Part shown: one piece after another, positions 28,270 through 38,217 of the stretch
Layout: every line of letters starts with the position of its first letter
How positions within the stretch are numbered: the first letter of the stretch is position 1
Source of the DNA: a virus
Length of the DNA: 64,000 nt
Virus record (IMG/VR): IMGVR_UViG_3300031991_000033
Direction: 5' to 3' (one strand)
The notes under the pieces: model-generated
What the model was told of the DNA's origin: nothing
Seen by the model: the letters and a program-made list of their open reading frames with translations, nothing else
Database searches by the model: none
Position numbers and translations under genes: made by a program

Positions 28270-29325
28270 ATGCGTATCGAAGAAGATGTGAAGCTCGATT
28301 TCTGCGATGTTCTCATTCGCCCCAAACGATCTGAAAGTCCCAGCCGGTCTGGAATCGATCTGTTTCGAGATTACACATTCAAAAACAGCGGTAAGCAATG
28401 GCACGGTGTTCCAGTCATGGCTTCCAATATGGACACCGTTGGAACTTTCGCAATGGCTCACGCCCTTGCAAAGTTTCAGATGCAAACTTGCTTACACAAA
28501 CATTATTCAATCAGCCGCTTGATTGATTACTTCTCCAACACTTCCTTAGAAACCGTTTGTCACACTTTCTATACACTTGGGATCATGGAAGAAGACTATG
28601 CCAAGTTTAAGGAAGTCTACGAAGCATCCGATAAACGAATCGAGAACGTTTGTATCGATGTTGCCAACGGTTACAGTGCTTTCTTTGTTGACCGAGTAAA
28701 GCAGTTCCGAAACAAGTTTCCAGAAGTCAACATCATGGCTGGCAATGTTGCAACGCCAGAGATGGTACAAGAGTTGATCTTCAACGGGGTAGACATTGTA
28801 AAGGTAGGTATTGGACCCGGAAGTGTTTGTATCACCCGTAAGGTAGCTGGTGTTGGGTATCCACAGCTATCTGCTGTTATCGAGTGTGCTGATGCCGCTC
28901 ACGGGCTTGGTGGTCACGTCTGTTCTGATGGTGGTTGCCAAATGCCGGGAGATGTTGGTAAGGCATTTGGTGCCGGTGCAGATTTTGTAATGCTTGGTGG
29001 AATGTTTGCCGGGTGTGACGAATGCGAAGGTGATTGGGAGTACAGCGAAGAAGATGGAACAGCCAAAACTGCTCTCACCTTTTACGGCATGTCTTCTGCA
29101 CACGCTATGGACAAATACAATGGTGGTGTCGCCAGCTATCGTGCCCCAGAAGGCAAGCTGGTGTCAGTGCCTTATAAAGGCTTTGTGGAAGGCGTGGCTC
29201 AAGAGATTCTAGGCGGACTTAGAAGTGCCTGTACTTACGTTGGTGCTTTGAAACTCAAAGATTTGAGCAAATGCACTACGTTTGTGAAGGTGAATCAGAC
29301 TCACAATCATGTTTTTGGATCGTGA
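28270..29325 (+). CDS. guaC: GMP reductase
   Basis: [41 protein letters not shown] and FYGMSS. Confidence 0.95.
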   Translation: MRIEEDVKLDFCDVLIRPKRSESPSRSGIDLFRDYTFKNSGKQWHGVPVMASNMDTVGTFAMAHALAKFQMQTCLHKHYSISRLIDYFSNTSLETVCHTFYTLGIMEEDYAKFKEVYEASDKRIENVCIDVANGYSAFFVDRVKQFRNKFPEVNIMAGNVATPEMVQELIFNGVDIVKVGIGPGSVCITRKVAGVGYPQLSAVIECADAAHGLGGHVCSDGGCQMPGDVGKAFGAGADFVMLGGMFAGCDECEGDWEYSEEDGTAKTALTFYGMSSAHAMDKYNGGVASYRAPEGKLVSVPYKGFVEGVAQEILGGLRSACTYVGALKLKDLSKCTTFVKVNQTHNHVFGS

Positions 29326-29498
29326 CATCTGCCCCGCCTCCAACGCTGCACTTGGCTCGACCGGTTTGATTCATTATCATACCAGACTCGATGGTGAGGT
29401 TTTGTTTGAACTTCTCCAACAGCGTTCGTTTTTTGATGAATTCTGATGCTTCGATATTTGCGATTTCATTGTATATTGCCATGCTATAAAGGAGTGCG

Positions 29499-29690
29499 GT
29501 GATGTGTATTTTGACTAACATGGGAAATTTCGGCGGCGACACACCAGAGCTTGAATGTGACAACTGTGACATGAGATTCTCGCTTGTTTGGAACCGAAAT
29601 CCCGTCTACACTGAACCAGAGTATTGCCCGTTTTGTGGTGACGAAGTAGAAGAAATCATCTGGGAAGAAGAGGTAGAGAGCGATGACTGA
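29499..29690 (+). CDS. small Zn-ribbon protein
   Basis: CDNC...YCPFCG; AAGGAG RBS. Confidence 0.7.
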   Translation: MMCILTNMGNFGGDTPELECDNCDMRFSLVWNRNPVYTEPEYCPFCGDEVEEIIWEEEVESDD

Positions 29691-30207
29691 AGATACACGC
29701 AATGTGATTGACTACTATAAGTATTGGGAAACCGAAGCGATTCGTGCTGATCTCGATACAAAGCGTCACAATTTTTCAGTCTTGATCTCGAACAAGTTCC
29801 ATGATTTCAACATTGGAACTGTGATTCGCAACTCGAACGCTTTTATGGCACAGGCGGTTCTTATTTATGGACGCCGCCAATTCGATAAGCGTGGTACAGT
29901 CGGAGCACACCATTATCAGAACATCAACTTCCTCCGAGAGATTGAGGAAGTTGTTTTCCCAGAAGATTACTGCATCGTAGCTATCGAAAACGATGATGAC
30001 GCCGTTCCTGTGGAGACTTTCCAATGGCCAAAGGATCGTCATGTTGTGATGATCTTTGGTCAAGAGTCTGAAGGTGTGCCGCCAGAGCTATTGAAGATTG
30101 CTCAACACAAGGTCTACATCAAGCAGTATGGCAGCACTCGCAGCCTGAATGTCGGCTGTGCCAGTGCGATTGCGATGTACGACTATTGTCGCAAGGTGAT
30201 TGATTAA
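29683..30207 (+). CDS. SpoU/TrmH-family RNA 2'-O-methyltransferase
   Basis: NIGTVIR, FGQESEGV and SLNV..AS.IAMY SPOUT motifs. Confidence 0.9.
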   Translation: MTEDTRNVIDYYKYWETEAIRADLDTKRHNFSVLISNKFHDFNIGTVIRNSNAFMAQAVLIYGRRQFDKRGTVGAHHYQNINFLREIEEVVFPEDYCIVAIENDDDAVPVETFQWPKDRHVVMIFGQESEGVPPELLKIAQHKVYIKQYGSTRSLNVGCASAIAMYDYCRKVID

Positions 30208-30758
30208 GGGTGAAGTTGATCAATCATAAAGAGCGGTACGGCATCTTCGATGATGCGTGCGTACTTTTCGCTGGCTTCAATGTTGAAGATAACACGAATG
30301 CGTTTCTTTGTAACGCTTTTCGTGCATGTCATGTACATGCTGTTGAAGTAGTCTAGCACAATGTCTGTGCCTTCTTCTTGGAGCTTGGTCGTGTTGAGAT
30401 AGATGTTTTTGTTTCCACGACCACAGCGACCGCCGCCGTCCAAGTACCAGACCATAAGTGCTGTGTACTTTAATGGATGAAGCAACTCGTCCGAAACGGT
30501 GCGGTCTTTCTCCGCATACGCAATGTCATGGAGTTCTGTGAACTCCTCATTGCATATCGAATTACACCGATAAGTTGATTTTTCTAAGCGTAATTGGTCG
30601 TTCTGAAAGAAGCCTTCCAACTCTTGCATTTTATAATGCAACCAGAGTGGGTTGTTACTTCTCATGGAGAGATAGTAGTTCACTCCTCTTGGCGGTTTCA
30701 CAATAGACGAGCCACCTAGAACCGTGCCAATCACGATATCTCTTTGCGTTTCTGTCAT
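30204..30758 (-). CDS. free-standing LAGLIDADG endonuclease-like protein
   Basis: IVIGTVLGGSSI and ALMVWYLDGG are the two LAGLIDADG-type helices, both degenerate. Confidence 0.75.
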   Translation of the reverse strand: MTETQRDIVIGTVLGGSSIVKPPRGVNYYLSMRSNNPLWLHYKMQELEGFFQNDQLRLEKSTYRCNSICNEEFTELHDIAYAEKDRTVSDELLHPLKYTALMVWYLDGGGRCGRGNKNIYLNTTKLQEEGTDIVLDYFNSMYMTCTKSVTKKRIRVIFNIEASEKYARIIEDAVPLFMIDQLHP

Positions 30759-30957
30759 ATTACATTTCTTCCCCTATGCACCGTGTATCTACCGGTTATG
30801 AGAGAAGAATTGCTCAGATTGTATTTTCACCAATTGCCAACCACTTTGTCCAAATTTGGATAGTTCGTGCTTACCTATCCATGAACGGTGGAAATGAAAC
30901 TCAAATAAACACTGAGGCGACTCAGATCGCCAAAACTCAATTCAAGGAGATATTCAC

Positions 30958-31290
30958 ATGGGTGCAAGTTCTGTAACTGGCGTAGGTCATGGCTCTGTAG
31001 AGGGCAAGAACGCAGGCTCCAAGCATTGGACAGTTGGCGTAGGTCGTCTTCTCGGTCCAAAGGTTATGGCTGCTGATGTTGTAACACTTTCTGGCGGTGC
31101 TGCTACTGTAGTGCTTCCAAAGCTTTCCGGTAATGCAACTGATTACATTGTAATCGCAACTGACCAAACTGCTGCAAATGCTGTAAAAGCAAGTCTCGCA
31201 TTTGGTACGAATGACTGCACGTTGACCTTCGCTGGTACAACGACTGACGTTATTTCGTGGACGATTATCAAGAAGGGTCTCACGACCTAA
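30958..31290 (+). CDS. small Gly/Thr/Ala-rich probable virion protein
   Basis: AAGGAG RBS; MCP-like codon bias; beta-rich composition. Confidence 0.7.
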   Translation: MGASSVTGVGHGSVEGKNAGSKHWTVGVGRLLGPKVMAADVVTLSGGAATVVLPKLSGNATDYIVIATDQTAANAVKASLAFGTNDCTLTFAGTTTDVISWTIIKKGLTT

Positions 31291-31297
31291 ATATGAA

Positions 31298-31394
31298 TCA
31301 CCTGAGCTTCGGCTCTAGTGAAGGTGTGTCCTAGTACACCTAACTCACTGTTACCCTATCGCCTCGGTGCGTTGCCGAGGCGATTTTTTTTTTT
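31298..31394 (+). ncRNA. candidate small structured RNA or structured 3' UTR
   Basis: TAAATA at 31288-93; gagc-UUCG-gctc hairpin, aggtgt/acacct hairpin and terminal terminator hairpin. Confidence 0.4.
31358..31394 (+). terminator. rho-independent terminator
   Basis: atcgcctcgg-tgcgttg-ccgaggcgat plus long T-run. Confidence 0.9.
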
Positions 31395-31414
31395 GTTACA
31401 TGCCTAAATATAGC

Positions 31415-32929
31415 ATGGACTTTAAGACATGGATATTTTCTGATAATGCGAAGACGGCGAGCAGTGGTTTGTCGATTGAGGGATTTGGATTTGATACTCA
31501 AGATATGTCTGACCGAGTTAGTAGAAAGTTGTATACACCATATCAGACTGTTACAAAAAATGTACCGCCGTCTCGACCTGAAGATATGCATAAGAAATTT
31601 GTCAGACAAACGAAGCGAAATAATCAAGACAATGATCGACATATGAACATTGATCAAATAGTTAAGTTCGATCAGGAATCTAAAAGTTTATCATACAAGG
31701 AAGAAGATGATCCTTCCGATCTATTGCGGTTGATCCATTTGGATAAAATTGTTCAATTGCCAACTATGGAAATCGATGATCGGTTACCTTCGTTTGAAGG
31801 TGGTTCGATTTATTACGCTTTCACATTCACTCCATCAGAACAATTTTCCGTTAGAAGTCGTGATAAAAAAGCGATCTATGCTGATACAACTTTTGATAGC
31901 GATATTGAACGTTTGCAGAAGCAGATGACATTTAACAAAAATAGAATGGATCGAATCAGAAAGATGCATCCTATAAGTAAATTGGAGGAGAAAACTCCAA
32001 ACTTAGAGATGATTGTTCGAGCGGCCATGCAAGATATTCATGTTTATGATCAACGGGCTATGAAAGCAATTAACCAAAAATTAACTGGCACTGGTATAGT
32101 TTTGACCTCATTGCCACAAATTCAAATGTTGCAACAATGGTTTGGCTCTTCTGAACGAATAGAATTCGTAAAGCTAGTTCAAGATCAAAATCGCCTGCAA
32201 ATGTTGATCAAGCCTCAAAGTCGTAATGTTTTGGATACAAAAGATTCTCGAAAGTTTTTTGAAGATGCTTGTTTGGCGATGGCAAAAATTCTCAAAAAAC
32301 CACGGACGCCAAATCAGCAAGAAAAACAAGCACAATTTATCCAACTTTCTGTTCAAGCGGTTACTACTAAAATGCAGGGCAAAGGTTACGATTATGTTAT
32401 TTGGCCAGAAAGTAGTTCTTCATTTAATCAGTTACTCGGTGAAGCCTTGGCAGAACATTATGGTGCGTATCCAATGCAGGGATTCAGTAAATTGACTAAA
32501 GGTGAAAGTCAGGTTGATATTACGAGTGCCATCAAGAATGGAAAGAATCACCTGTCAATTTTGAAACAATTTGACAGAATGCGTGGCGTCGTTAGAGAGA
32601 AGGATGTTGTTGGGCTGGATGGTAAAACTCGGTTAGGCAAAATCATCAATAATGGCAAAAACCAAAAAGATGACAAACCAGAGATTAAAAAAGTCGATTA
32701 TGGTCGCCCATACATGCGTATATGGAAGATCGAAAAACCAGAAGGCGTCAATTACAAGAAAGCACGAATTCTTATAATTGACGACAATTCCAGTTCAGGT
32801 GCGACCATGCAAGCAGTACACAAACTTTTAATTCAAGAGAAGCCTAGGTATGTTGACATGTTCATACCCTTGCAGCTTAAAAATTACGTTCGTACATCTA
32901 CTGTTGACTCAAAATCTGGGATCAGCTAA
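31415..32929 (+). CDS. protein with C-terminal phosphoribosyltransferase domain and capsid-targeting-like N-terminus
   Basis: MDFKTW start; ILIIDDNSSSGAT PRPP-binding motif; PESSS. Confidence 0.75.
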   Translation: MDFKTWIFSDNAKTASSGLSIEGFGFDTQDMSDRVSRKLYTPYQTVTKNVPPSRPEDMHKKFVRQTKRNNQDNDRHMNIDQIVKFDQESKSLSYKEEDDPSDLLRLIHLDKIVQLPTMEIDDRLPSFEGGSIYYAFTFTPSEQFSVRSRDKKAIYADTTFDSDIERLQKQMTFNKNRMDRIRKMHPISKLEEKTPNLEMIVRAAMQDIHVYDQRAMKAINQKLTGTGIVLTSLPQIQMLQQWFGSSERIEFVKLVQDQNRLQMLIKPQSRNVLDTKDSRKFFEDACLAMAKILKKPRTPNQQEKQAQFIQLSVQAVTTKMQGKGYDYVIWPESSSSFNQLLGEALAEHYGAYPMQGFSKLTKGESQVDITSAIKNGKNHLSILKQFDRMRGVVREKDVVGLDGKTRLGKIINNGKNQKDDKPEIKKVDYGRPYMRIWKIEKPEGVNYKKARILIIDDNSSSGATMQAVHKLLIQEKPRYVDMFIPLQLKNYVRTSTVDSKSGIS

Positions 32930-34436
32930 GTAGTTTATAGACCTCTGGAAGGTCAATAGCATCGTCGCCCCAACGTTTTGTGAAATCCCAAGGTACGTAT
33001 TGGACTTCTTCACAATAAGAGGACGGTCCGGCTTTTCTGGCGACAGCATCCACATACATTGAGAAACGACCTTCGGTTGTCTCAAACACGTATTTTGGGA
33101 TGTCGAGTGCGAGAATCTCTTCCTCGAACTCTTTTGCAATCGCAGTGTCGATACAAATGTTGTGAAGTTTCTTTTCACGACGCAACATTTGCAGAACTTT
33201 CAGCCACCATTGATACGGCTTGGGATTGAACTCCACACCACGACCGGTGTGTTTGAAACCCAGCAAAGTCAAGCTGAGTTTTTGGGCATAGCAACGCTCA
33301 ACGATTTGCGTGAATTCCCGCTCGGTCAATGTTCCCATGACAATCTGAATGTTGGCACGGCTCTTGGAAATTCCATTCACATGAACCAACGTAGCGATGT
33401 CATCAATTGTATCCGCCTTCTCAACCGAGAAAGCGAATGCACCTGCGTGCTCCATGATCTTTGCACATTGAACCTGATCTTTCAACCAACCAACGTTTTT
33501 GGTGGTGAAGTTGGGAACAATACCTTTCTCACGAGCCATTTGAAGAATTTCAACAAACTCAGGGTGCATTGTTGGCTCGCCACCACCCAAAGCTACCTCA
33601 AATACCTTGTGTGCGGCAAATGTATCGAACAGGTAGTAGAGATCACTTCTGGACGCATGACCTTTGTCTGGTGTTGAATCTTGGTAGCAGTAAGTACAAG
33701 CGAATGGACAGTAATCGTTGATTTTTACGTCAACGAGTTCTGGCACAGACGCCCGTTCTGGCTCGGTGTTTCCGCTCAGCGTCACACGAGTTTTCGCACC
33801 GGTTTCTGGCCAAAAGAAAGTCCAAAAATTGTACAGTTCATCTTTCCGGCAAACAAAGTAGCTCCGTCCGTCTTCTGGCAGTGAAACGGTTGTGCGTTCG
33901 CCCTTGTCAGCATACTTGTGTGGACCTTCCTCGTTGTCGTTTCCACCAAGAATGACAAGACGGTTGTTCAGAATGAACTGGCTCAGGTCTTCGTAGAACT
34001 CTTTGTCTGGGAAACGTGTGTTGTATTCACACGGCAGTTCCCATAGACTTTGGTGGTCGATGTAACCCTCTTTGAGTTCTACACCCATCCAGTCTTTGAG
34101 GATTGACTTTGCGAGATGTTCTGGAAGCTCACGTGTGAGCATGTTCCAAAGAACTTGACCAAGATATTGCTTCTTGGTTTCGGGAGCGGCGGCGGTGAAC
34201 CAGTTCCATCCAAAATCGTACAGTTCGCCGCTTTCACGCTCTTCTTGACGACGCAACTCAGCCTGCATGTGGATGTTTTGGAACTCATCATCGAGTTCAG
34301 AGTATTTTTCTTCTTCGTCTTCACGAGACCAGCCCCAATCATCTTCCAATTCCACACCCTCTGGAAGCAGGATCAAAGAGTGACTGGACGAAGAATTACA
34401 GGCGAGTCCAAGACGAAGTTTGTGCAATTTGAGCAT
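32922..34436 (-). CDS. radical SAM protein
   Basis: CPFACTYC (CxxxCxxC), GGGEPT.HP, N-terminal NSSSSHS; AAGGAGG RBS. Confidence 0.9.
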   Translation of the reverse strand: MLKLHKLRLGLACNSSSSHSLILLPEGVELEDDWGWSREDEEEKYSELDDEFQNIHMQAELRRQEERESGELYDFGWNWFTAAAPETKKQYLGQVLWNMLTRELPEHLAKSILKDWMGVELKEGYIDHQSLWELPCEYNTRFPDKEFYEDLSQFILNNRLVILGGNDNEEGPHKYADKGERTTVSLPEDGRSYFVCRKDELYNFWTFFWPETGAKTRVTLSGNTEPERASVPELVDVKINDYCPFACTYCYQDSTPDKGHASRSDLYYLFDTFAAHKVFEVALGGGEPTMHPEFVEILQMAREKGIVPNFTTKNVGWLKDQVQCAKIMEHAGAFAFSVEKADTIDDIATLVHVNGISKSRANIQIVMGTLTEREFTQIVERCYAQKLSLTLLGFKHTGRGVEFNPKPYQWWLKVLQMLRREKKLHNICIDTAIAKEFEEEILALDIPKYVFETTEGRFSMYVDAVARKAGPSSYCEEVQYVPWDFTKRWGDDAIDLPEVYKLLS

Positions 34437-34504
34437 GAAAAAAGCCTCCTTCATGAGTGAGATTTCCCATTCTACGAAGAAGGCTTTGTTTTGTCAAAGT
34501 CAAA

Positions 34505-35377
34505 TTACGGAGGGGTGATCAAATCACCAGATTCCAAAACGTATGGCACTGAAGTGACGTTTGTTGGACTCGTGTTTCCACCTGAGTAGGTGTAATTGGT
34601 TTTACGTGCCAAATCACCTGTCTTAGCACCCGCATGGTATTCAATGGTCTGAGTGATACGGCTACTTCCATCAACTGTGTTCTTTTGGAAGATGTACAAC
34701 CCGCTGCGTCCTTCGAGCAAAGCATAATCATCAACGGCGGCACCCGAATTGAATCCAAGACTTACACCTTTTGCATTGACAGCGTTGTCAACAACTGCTG
34801 CATCTACAACCGATGCGTCCACATCCAAAAAGATCAGCTTATTTTCGCCTTCTGGGAAGGTGAAACGATTGGCGATTGTGTGTCTGTCAAAGTATGTTGG
34901 GATTTCGGAAACGCCAGCTTTTTTGTTAAACAACAAGACGGTTTCAGCTTGATTGTTTTTGATATAGAAACGCATACTTGTTGCGTCTTTTCGTTGTTTG
35001 ATAACGATACGATCTTTACCACTTGGGAACTTATCGACCATAGACGCTGTGAACCATGCCGAGAATTCAGCGTTGTTATTCAAAGATGATACAACTTCAG
35101 CAGCAGTTGTTGCTGCTAGAGACGAAGCCGAGATTGTTACGGAGAGAGAAGCCCAATTTCTGAAGTCGTTAATCGCAAATTCAATGTTCAATACGGCTTT
35201 TGAATCACCGTCGCCATCGTTACCCGAAAGGTTGTATGGAGCCTCGGCGTGGACTGTAACAAGTTCCTCGCCCCGCCCACGATTTCCGGGGACTACAAAT
35301 TTGGGAATGTGGTGCCTGTCCGCAAGCAACCAGTTGCCCTCGAAGTCTGACGTAAATGGATTCTGATAAAATGGCAT
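34505..35377 (-). CDS. probable virion structural protein
   Basis: GGAGAG RBS; TATATA upstream; beta-rich composition. Function inferred. Confidence 0.6.
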   Translation of the reverse strand: MPFYQNPFTSDFEGNWLLADRHHIPKFVVPGNRGRGEELVTVHAEAPYNLSGNDGDGDSKAVLNIEFAINDFRNWASLSVTISASSLAATTAAEVVSSLNNNAEFSAWFTASMVDKFPSGKDRIVIKQRKDATSMRFYIKNNQAETVLLFNKKAGVSEIPTYFDRHTIANRFTFPEGENKLIFLDVDASVVDAAVVDNAVNAKGVSLGFNSGAAVDDYALLEGRSGLYIFQKNTVDGSSRITQTIEYHAGAKTGDLARKTNYTYSGGNTSPTNVTSVPYVLESGDLITPP

Positions 35378-35502
35378 ATTTCTTCTCTCCTGTCTCTCTT
35401 CTATATAGCCGATTCATTTCAAAATGTAAGAATCGATACTCTCATTACAGTAACCACACGTTGTAAACGTGACTTTCATTGATACGAGAAAAGGATATTC
35501 AA

Positions 35503-35838
35503 ATGACGATTGTAGATTGTACTGGTAACGAGTTGTGCTCCAAGGCACCACAGATTGTTGAGGCTCAGCCTTTTGGTTCTATGGTTTTGGTCGAGCATTT
35601 GACCGCCAAGGAAATTTTGGGCACCACCCTCGAAGTCAACAAGAACACTCAGGTGGGTTCCCCACAGGCTTATATTGCCAAGCTGGGACCAAAAGTTTCT
35701 GAGGAAAGCGGTTTGAAAGTTGGTCAGCGTGTGTTGTTGCAGGGTACTTACGTCCCTGTGCCACACTATGGTGACACCAAACGTGAGCGTGGATTGGTCG
35801 AAATCCACAACATCAAGGCTATTTTGGTTGAAGGCTAA
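35503..35838 (+). CDS. GroES/gp31-like co-chaperonin
   Basis: QPFGSMVLVE, KLGP, LKVGQRVL and IKAILVE pattern. Confidence 0.75.
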   Translation: MTIVDCTGNELCSKAPQIVEAQPFGSMVLVEHLTAKEILGTTLEVNKNTQVGSPQAYIAKLGPKVSEESGLKVGQRVLLQGTYVPVPHYGDTKRERGLVEIHNIKAILVEG

Positions 35839-35897
35839 GCCTTTACAAACAACGCCAATTTCGTAGAATTACGGTGACTTTACACAAAGGAACTGAA

Positions 35898-36569
35898 ATG
35901 AAGATCATTGGCGTTGTAGGCGGGATCGGCTCTGGGAAATCGACTGTTGCAAGGTATTTGAGAGACCTTGGCTCAGGGTTGATTGAAGTAGACAAAATCA
36001 CACACGAAGCGTTACAACTTCCTGAAGTGATTGATCAAACCCGTGCTCGTTTTGAAAAGTACGGGTATTCGCCAACCGAGAACCACAAAGCAAATCGTAA
36101 GTCAATTGCAAAGATTGTGATCGCCAATGAAGAAGAGTTCAAATGGCTCGAACGTTTGACTCTTCCCATTGTCGAAGAAATGCTCAAGAAAAGGATGAGT
36201 CGTTATATCGACGGCATCCCCGCTCTCACTCTGGATTGTCCTTTGCTCTTTGAGACCGGTTGGGACAAACTTTGTGATTTGGTTCTTTTCGTAGACACGT
36301 CGCCAGAGGTTCGGTGTCTACGCTATGTCAAACGCTGTCTTGATATTCCACAAGACGCAGACCCTTCTACTTACGCATCGCCACAAGTCATTGCCGAACT
36401 CACGCAGAAATGGGCTTCGCTCGAAGGACGCCAGATGCCTCTTTCAAAGAAGAAAGAGAAAGCAAACTTTGTGATTAACGCTAATGAGCGGTATCAGTTG
36501 GCGACTGAGGATTTTTGGAGAATCTACATTGGAGAGCCTGTAACACCGGCTTGGGCACGTAGCGACTGA
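35898..36569 (+). CDS. coaE: dephospho-CoA kinase
   Basis: IIGVVGGIGSGKSTV, D.PLLFE.G, RQMPL..K...ANFVI. Confidence 0.9.
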   Translation: MKIIGVVGGIGSGKSTVARYLRDLGSGLIEVDKITHEALQLPEVIDQTRARFEKYGYSPTENHKANRKSIAKIVIANEEEFKWLERLTLPIVEEMLKKRMSRYIDGIPALTLDCPLLFETGWDKLCDLVLFVDTSPEVRCLRYVKRCLDIPQDADPSTYASPQVIAELTQKWASLEGRQMPLSKKKEKANFVINANERYQLATEDFWRIYIGEPVTPAWARSD

Positions 36570-37002
36570 CAACCTTCTCCCATCCAGTCGGTCCAATCAA
36601 TCCTTTAACAACGCTGCTTGACACGTGCTCATGTTCAACAGCGGCAGGCAACCAGACGGGTTGTGCTTCTCCGTTCATTTGACGATTGAAGCTGACGATA
36701 GCCTTTTCGAAACGATAATCGTCTTCGTTTCTCAATCCACGCACATAGAACTTTGCACCTACCTCAGAGCAGTAGTCAACTAGGTATTTGTTCTCGAAGA
36801 TCGATACTTCAATGTTCGGTATGTGTTGCGTACTCTGATCCAGAAGTTCTTTACGTTCTGGGATTGTAAAGAGGGTTTTCTTCATCGGATTCACTCCGAT
36901 GGAAACAAAAAGTTTGTCGAACAGTTTTGCTGCATCTTCAATCAATTGGAGATGACCGAAGGTAACTGGATCAAAGCTTCCTGCGTAAACTGCGATTCTC
37001 AT
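36481..37002 (-). CDS. coaD: phosphopantetheine adenylyltransferase
   Basis: AVYAGSFDPVTFGH, NP.KK.LF...ER, VRGLR..DY.FE and VSSS.VK. Confidence 0.93.
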   Translation of the reverse strand: MRIAVYAGSFDPVTFGHLQLIEDAAKLFDKLFVSIGVNPMKKTLFTIPERKELLDQSTQHIPNIEVSIFENKYLVDYCSEVGAKFYVRGLRNEDDYRFEKAIVSFNRQMNGEAQPVWLPAAVEHEHVSSSVVKGLIGPTGWEKVVSRYVPKPVLQALQCRFSKNPQSPTDTAH

Positions 37003-37013
37003 TTTATCACTCC

Positions 37014-37140
37014 AAATAAAAAGACCCTTCGTCGTCACATTGGCGACGAAGGGTCTTTGATTCAATACTTGTAACCCATCGCCGAATCACCCCCTTTAAG
37101 GCAATGTGTCTTATGACATCATTGAAAAGCGGGTTACGAG
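37014..37140 (-). ncRNA. candidate sRNA or coaD leader RNA
   Basis: TTGCGG-16nt-TACAAT promoter (37169-37142); gtaaccc/gggttac closing stem; internal hairpin; 15-bp terminator stem at 37020-37058. Confidence 0.45.
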
Positions 37141-37201
37141 TATTGTACGGAGTCTTTGAACTTCCGCAATACTCTATTAGAGCAACGAAGGGAAAAATCT
37201 T

Positions 37202-37480
37202 ATGTGGATCAAGAATATCGAAATAAAAAATGTGGCTTCACTCGGTTTTGACAATCGCAAGTACGAAGGGTGTCACGCCTTGGTGAAAAGAGTCACGATT
37301 GAATTGGATGTTGTCATGCTTCCTGTGCATGAAGAACATTCAGACCCTATGGATCGAGTCAAAGAGACAATGGATCATCAGGTTTGGTATCTTCGAGACC
37401 CGATTTTGAAGGCTGTCTACCAAAAAGAATTAGGCAAGGGCGGAGGACCGCCCTTGCCTAATGAAGAGATTCGAGATTAG
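37202..37480 (+). CDS. hypothetical protein
   Basis: AAGGG RBS; 92-aa ORF. Confidence 0.6.
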   Translation: MWIKNIEIKNVASLGFDNRKYEGCHALVKRVTIELDVVMLPVHEEHSDPMDRVKETMDHQVWYLRDPILKAVYQKELGKGGGPPLPNEEIRD

Positions 37481-37914
37481 TTGCAGACTTGCAAGACGCC
37501 TCGTACTTCAACAACCTTGTAAGTCGGCTTCCAGTCGGTCAGCTTGTTGCTGTAGAAGGGCTTGCCGCCTTCTTTGAGGTTGATGGCAGCGGTGATGTGG
37601 GGCATCTCATTGATCGTGACAACACCCGGAATACCAAATACCGACTTGCCGTTCTTACGCAGAAACTCCACACCAAATGCGGCGACTCGATAGTCCTTTG
37701 CGAATGAAATAACGTTCATCACAATCTCTTGACCAAGCAGAGATTTGTCGTTGAGTTCACTGTCAAAGTCGCCCATGTTCACGGTGACGTGGTGAATGAG
37801 CGGATCGCCTTGGGCGGTTTGCAACTGAAAACCGTTAAGGGCACGGATTTCATCGGTAAAAACGTCCAAAAGGTCTCGTCTGGATTCTTGATTCAAGACA
37901 ACTGCCGTATACAT
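37477..37914 (-). CDS. 2H phosphoesterase-family protein
   Basis: HHVT and PHIT motifs. Confidence 0.8.
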   Translation of the reverse strand: MYTAVVLNQESRRDLLDVFTDEIRALNGFQLQTAQGDPLIHHVTVNMGDFDSELNDKSLLGQEIVMNVISFAKDYRVAAFGVEFLRKNGKSVFGIPGVVTINEMPHITAAINLKEGGKPFYSNKLTDWKPTYKVVEVRGVLQVCN

Positions 37915-37977
37915 CGATAATCTCCCTGTGTGAGTGGTTATTCGATTTTACGAACTTTGCAAGATTTGTAAAGCTGT

Positions 37978-38217
37978 TTATCGAGGCTTTTTCTTGTGAA
38001 TATCCACGAATGGCCAAACTCGGATGTGGACATCCTCTTCTGGCGGCATTGCTTGTGGTTGTTGGTCCACTTGAATCTCGATCATGCGGTCTTCACCTTG
38101 GATGCGTACACCCTCGTTGACTGGACGGCTGAAATAGGAAACTCCGATTGTTACTCCCAAAACGATGACCACGAAGGTGAGAACACCGAATAGGACTGAT
38201 TGTGTTTTTTCGTTCAT
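37978..38217 (-). CDS. small single-TM protein
   Basis: GGAGG RBS; VLFGVLTFVVIVLGVTIGVSYF. Confidence 0.7.
   Translation of the reverse strand: MNEKTQSVLFGVLTFVVIVLGVTIGVSYFSRPVNEGVRIQGEDRMIEIQVDQQPQAMPPEEDVHIRVWPFVDIHKKKPR

Noticed and set aside
37083-37098. gaatcaccccctttaa as a 16S rRNA 3'-end fragment
   Set aside because: The match is too short. It is better explained as the complement of an SD-like sequence in the minus-strand leader RNA.
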